From assembly GCF_009914755.1 (NCBI RefSeq), contig NC_060936.1: 64,000 bases of DNA; one strand, given 5' to 3'. This document shows, piece after piece, positions 59,370-64,000 of this stretch. This DNA is from the human T2T-CHM13v2.0 reference genome, Homo sapiens. Under the pieces are notes generated by a model. The model searched no databases. It was not told the DNA's origin and saw only the letters and a list, made by a program, of their open reading frames with translations. Made by a program: the position numbers and the translations under genes. Each line of letters opens with the position of its first letter. Within the stretch, counting starts at the first letter, position 1.

Positions 59370-61339
59370 TAGCATATTTTTAATAAGATGTTACAAATAT
59401 ATTTGTATTTAAATTTATTATTTGTTTTATATTTATTCCAACTCTTCTATGTTCCTTTGTTTTTAACTCTTTCTTATCTTCTTTGGAATTAATTAAAATA
59501 TTTTATACTATTTTATGTCTCCTTTATGTTGACTTGTTAGTTATATATAATTTTACTTGTTCTTTTAGAAGTTACTCTAGAGCTCATACTATTCAGCCTT
59601 GACTTATTAATGTCTAATGTAAATTCATACTTTTATCATTTTCTAGATAATGAAAGAATCTTAGAACACTTTAACTTCATTTACTCTCTCCCATGTTGTG
59701 TTATTGAGGTCAGATGTTTTAATCCTATATATTTTTAAGTCCCTAGATGTTATTATTTTGTACAGTCAATATTCACTTAGACTTACCTACATTTATAACC
59801 TTCCTATTACTCTTTATTCCTTCCTGCATTTTTATGTTTTCATCATGTTCCTTCTTCCTGAAGCACTTTATTTCCTTTAGCATGGATCCATTTTATTTGC
59901 CTGAAAATGTCTTTTTCTGGCCTTTGCTGAAAATTTTTGATGGAAATAGAATTCTAGCTTAATATTTATTGATTAATTACTTTCTTTAAACACTTGAAGT
60001 TTTCATTAGTGTCACCTGATTCCATAGTTTCTGCAAAGTAGTCAGCTCTCGCTCAGTCTTACTGATTTCCTTTAAAGAAAATGATGTGGCCACTAGGCCT
60101 CTGGTTGCTTCAAGATTCTCTTTGTCTTTGGTTTTCAGTCGTTTTGCTATCATTGTTTAGGTATAGTTATCTTTGAATTTATCCTCATTGTGATTGGTAG
60201 CACTTTTCAGTTTTATGATTTGATGTCTTCTTTGGTGTTGGAAAATTTAAGGCCATTATCTTTTCAAAGTTGCTTTTGAACTGTTCTCTTCCTTCATCTT
60301 CTGGGACTGCAAACCTTCTTCTGGAATACCATCTGTCTTTTCCATTCCTTGACTCCACCCACTTTCCCCACTCTGTATTTTTCCATCCTTTTGTCTCCAG
60401 TGCTTCAGTCTGAATATTTTCTTTTGGCTTTTCAGTTCACTCATCATCTTTGTCCGAGAGTCTATTTCTACTGTGAACCCAACTATTAGTGAACGCATTT
60501 CTCAATTTCTCAGTTCTAGAATTTCCACTTGATTCATTTTTTAGATAAAATATCCCATCTCTTCATCTATTTTCTTCAACATATTAATAAGAGACATTTA
60601 AAAGTGTGTGTCTGATAACTTAGTATATGTTTCTTCTATGAGTCTATTTCTGTAATATTTGTCTTTTGTTTTTTGCCACATGGTCTTGTTTTCTGATGCG
60701 CCTAGCGGTGTTTGATTGACTATAGAACATCAGGTATGAACAACTGTAGGGATAGATTGAGGCTCTGAGCAGTGCTTTCTACATCCCCAGGTAAATTACT
60801 TTTGCATCTGTCAGGCAGTTAAGGTGTGTGCCATTCACCTTAACCCAGTTAGAGTGTGAGCTAATTCAAATCTGTGAGTCAGTTTTTGCAAGAGCTGATT
60901 TAATTTTGTTTTCTCTCCATTCCTAAGGTGGTGGCCTTTAGTGGTCTGAACCGAAGTCCTGAGTAGTTTAAAATGGAGTTTTCTTTTTGCACATTAACTT
61001 TTGTCCCTTAGTTTTGTAAACTGTCAGAAATTTGGCTCAGCTTTTTAGCCTCTTAGCTGCCACTTTCTGCTCAGTTTCCCAGCATCTCAGCAGCCACTTG
61101 GGGAACCCACAAATGACTTAACGAGAAAATCAGTTCCAAATGTTGGAGTTACCCCTCTGGGTTTCCTTAATTTTTGAGACCTTGACCCCTTGGTTCTCTA
61201 AAGCCTTGGAAACTCTGTAATGCCTCCAAAGAAATAATATCTGTATGTACACTTAGTGCAGCTTTTCTTATTGTTTACCATAGGAAGACTGTTCTGTAAC
61301 ATGGTAGTCCTCACTATGGAAAGAAGCTCTTAATCTAGA

Positions 61340-61490
61340 TGATTACTGCTAATGATTTTGTACTATATATAGGCAAAATAGGTATATTAATACCTAAAGT
61401 TATTGTGAGAATCAAATTAGATCATATATGGGAAAGCATTGAGCAAACTGGAAAGCTCTATGCAAATATAAGGTATTACCATTATCCTAA
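61340..61490 (+). mobile_element. MIR 3' fragment
   Basis: 'gttattgtgagaatcaaattagatcatatatgggaaagcattgagcaaactggaaagctctatgcaaatataagg'. Confidence 0.55.
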
Positions 61491-62670
61491 TATAGAATAG
61501 GATCTCTCTGAAACCCACAACAATAGGCAGAGAAGAATTTAGTTATTTTTTATTTTAAAAAATCTGAATCATCCTTAAAGGCCTGGAATAAACTAGTAAA
61601 TATGCTACTCAATATAGAAGTTGGAGTGGTATCAAAATAGGGGGCCTTATACCTGGTAAAACTGAGAGGTGTGTTTCTCCAAGCCAGCCCAAAGGTAGAA
61701 AGGAGGAACTTGTGAGGAATTAAGACAGTCCTGGCTGTCAAATCCCAGCAGTGAGGAGAATGAACAATAGGTCATAGGCATGTGTAATAAGGTCAGAAAC
61801 GAGGTGAATCAAGGATGGATTGGGGCAAGTGGGTCACAGCATAGATGATGACCAGTGGGAGGACACCAGAGTTTATCTGATGCATTTCATGGGACACGGT
61901 TGTAAGACTAAAAGAAACTGCATGTGCCATAATTAATAACCCAATAATTTTTCCTGGCTTTAAAATTTTACAACTCTTCAAAGTATCTAATATAATTATT
62001 ATTTTTTCTACTATTTTCTTATACTCAAGTTAGAGATTAGGATGTATGCCAGCAGTATTATGCTCTGTCTAAATATGCTGGATATTGTTATTCATATGAA
62101 CACATGTTGACTATTCTCTAGCTCTCTGGATATTAGTGCTGGGCTGTAGGAAAGGTGTGAATACACAAAGGAGGATGTGTAAAAATGAACAGAAAATGTG
62201 TAAAAATGTTGAAGTGGATGATCAGTCATAATTTAATTTTAAAATATCAACATAATGTATACTTTCTGCTTAGCACTGAAAACATTATTTTCATTATCAT
62301 AGCTATTATTATTGTTAGTTTGTTGTTTTTGAATCCGTAGGGTCTGCTGATGAAAGTGGAATGCTATTCTGATAGCTGAATGCCACCAACGATAGTTTTA
62401 TGTATTCTTATCAAGATTTTCAGCCAAGAATGGTGCAAGACCATACCCCAATCACCCTGTCATCTCTCCTCTTCAGTCTTCCTTAGGGTTTCATTGTTAG
62501 CAGCGCTTCGCTTATCTCTTTCTTCCCTATTCCCAGCTAGCCCTAATTCTTCTGAGCTCAAGCTTTTCAGTGGCTTGGAAGTTCTTAAAGGGAAAGAATA
62601 GAAATTAACATTCATTTCATGCCAAGCCAAGTGCTACATCTTGATAGGTATCTCATAAAGGAAGAAGATG

Positions 62671-62767
62671 TAGACACTACTTGATTTACAATGAGGTTAC
62701 GTCCCAATAAACCCATCATAAATTGGAAAAATCATAAGTTAAACCACTGTTAGTCAGGAGTGTATTT
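62671..62767 (+). mobile_element. MER47-type (Tigger5-derived) short MITE
   Basis: 'ttacaatgaggttacgtcccaataaacccatcataa...taagttaaaccactgttagtcagg'. Confidence 0.7.
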
Positions 62768-63222
62768 ATTTCCAAATAACCCTTACCTGTTTTTAAAGCA
62801 GGTCTTGTAAATAACTACAATAAGCACTGTGTATTTGCCAAGATTGAGTTGATATATATTCTCATATAAAGTGTCACAAAAAAAGGCTCAAATTTATTAT
62901 TCACAGATATAAAGGCCATCTCCAGTGGGCAATCAAAGCACTAAAAATGGTAATATAAAAAACAAAAATAGTGATTTAGAGTGAGTATGAGGAGTAGAAC
63001 CTAGTTTAAGTACATTATCAAAAAAGAGGGAAAATATATGTAGTTTTGTAAATCAAGAAACAGGGATAAAAGCATTTTATGTGAAGTAGTAATAAAACCC
63101 TTACAGAATAACTTAACGCTGGAAATCACTGAGTGGTTATCTTGGGGAAGGAGACTGGAAGTGCTAAGGGGAGAGAGTTTACTTTTAACTTCATGCTATT
63201 TTATACACTGACTTTGTAAATC

Positions 63223-63584
<362 letters not shown>

Positions 63585-64000
63585 TAAATGGATGTATTAG
63601 ACAAATACATAACATAAAAATGAAAGCAATACTAATAACAAATTAAATGTTTAAAAATCTCAAAAAATTAAACACTTAAAAATGAACAAATTCATAATTT
63701 ATTCAGTTAAGAGGAAAATCACACCAAATTTATAGTATTCTTTAGAAATGACATCTATATGACTGTATGGAAAAGCTATGTTGTGTAGTTCTTAGTTATA
63801 CAACAGTGTATCTATTCATGTATTGGTGGGCATTTACAGTTTTTGGCTATTATAAATATTTATTTATCCATGTAGCTATCATTTACAGTGCTCTTCATTC
63901 CTTTTTTTTGTAAATCCATATTTGCAGCTGGTATAATTTCCATACTGTCTGAGGGACTTCTTTTAACATTTCTTATGATGGGGTTCTGCTAGTCATCAAA

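Overview
Human genomic DNA: AT-rich, CpG-poor and dominated by interspersed repeats. These include L1s of many ages, 17 Alus, two MLT2 LTRs, MST/MLT1 LTRs, Tigger/MER DNA transposons and MIR/L2 relics. A human-specific L1HS-Ta element identifies the species. I can support no cellular protein-coding gene, RNA gene or CpG-island promoter; the long ORFs are L1 ORF1/ORF2 remnants or Alu/low-complexity artefacts. Nearly all L1s and LTRs lie on the minus strand, which suggests the window is intronic to a + strand transcript, and a few candidate + strand exons are present. The main observations are: (1) a 5'-truncated L1HS Ta-1 insertion with TSD, likely polymorphic; (2) an L1PA3/4 insertion with a twin-priming inversion; (3) four locally templated insertion scars (121-bp inverted copy, 144-bp direct copy with 9-bp flanking repeats and a hairpin, a snap-back hairpin inside an Alu, a ~21-bp copy); (4) a candidate 12-nt microexon and a 120-nt non-coding exon. 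I found no convincing new biological system. Subfamily names come from remembered consensus sequences, and the boundaries of old repeats are approximate.
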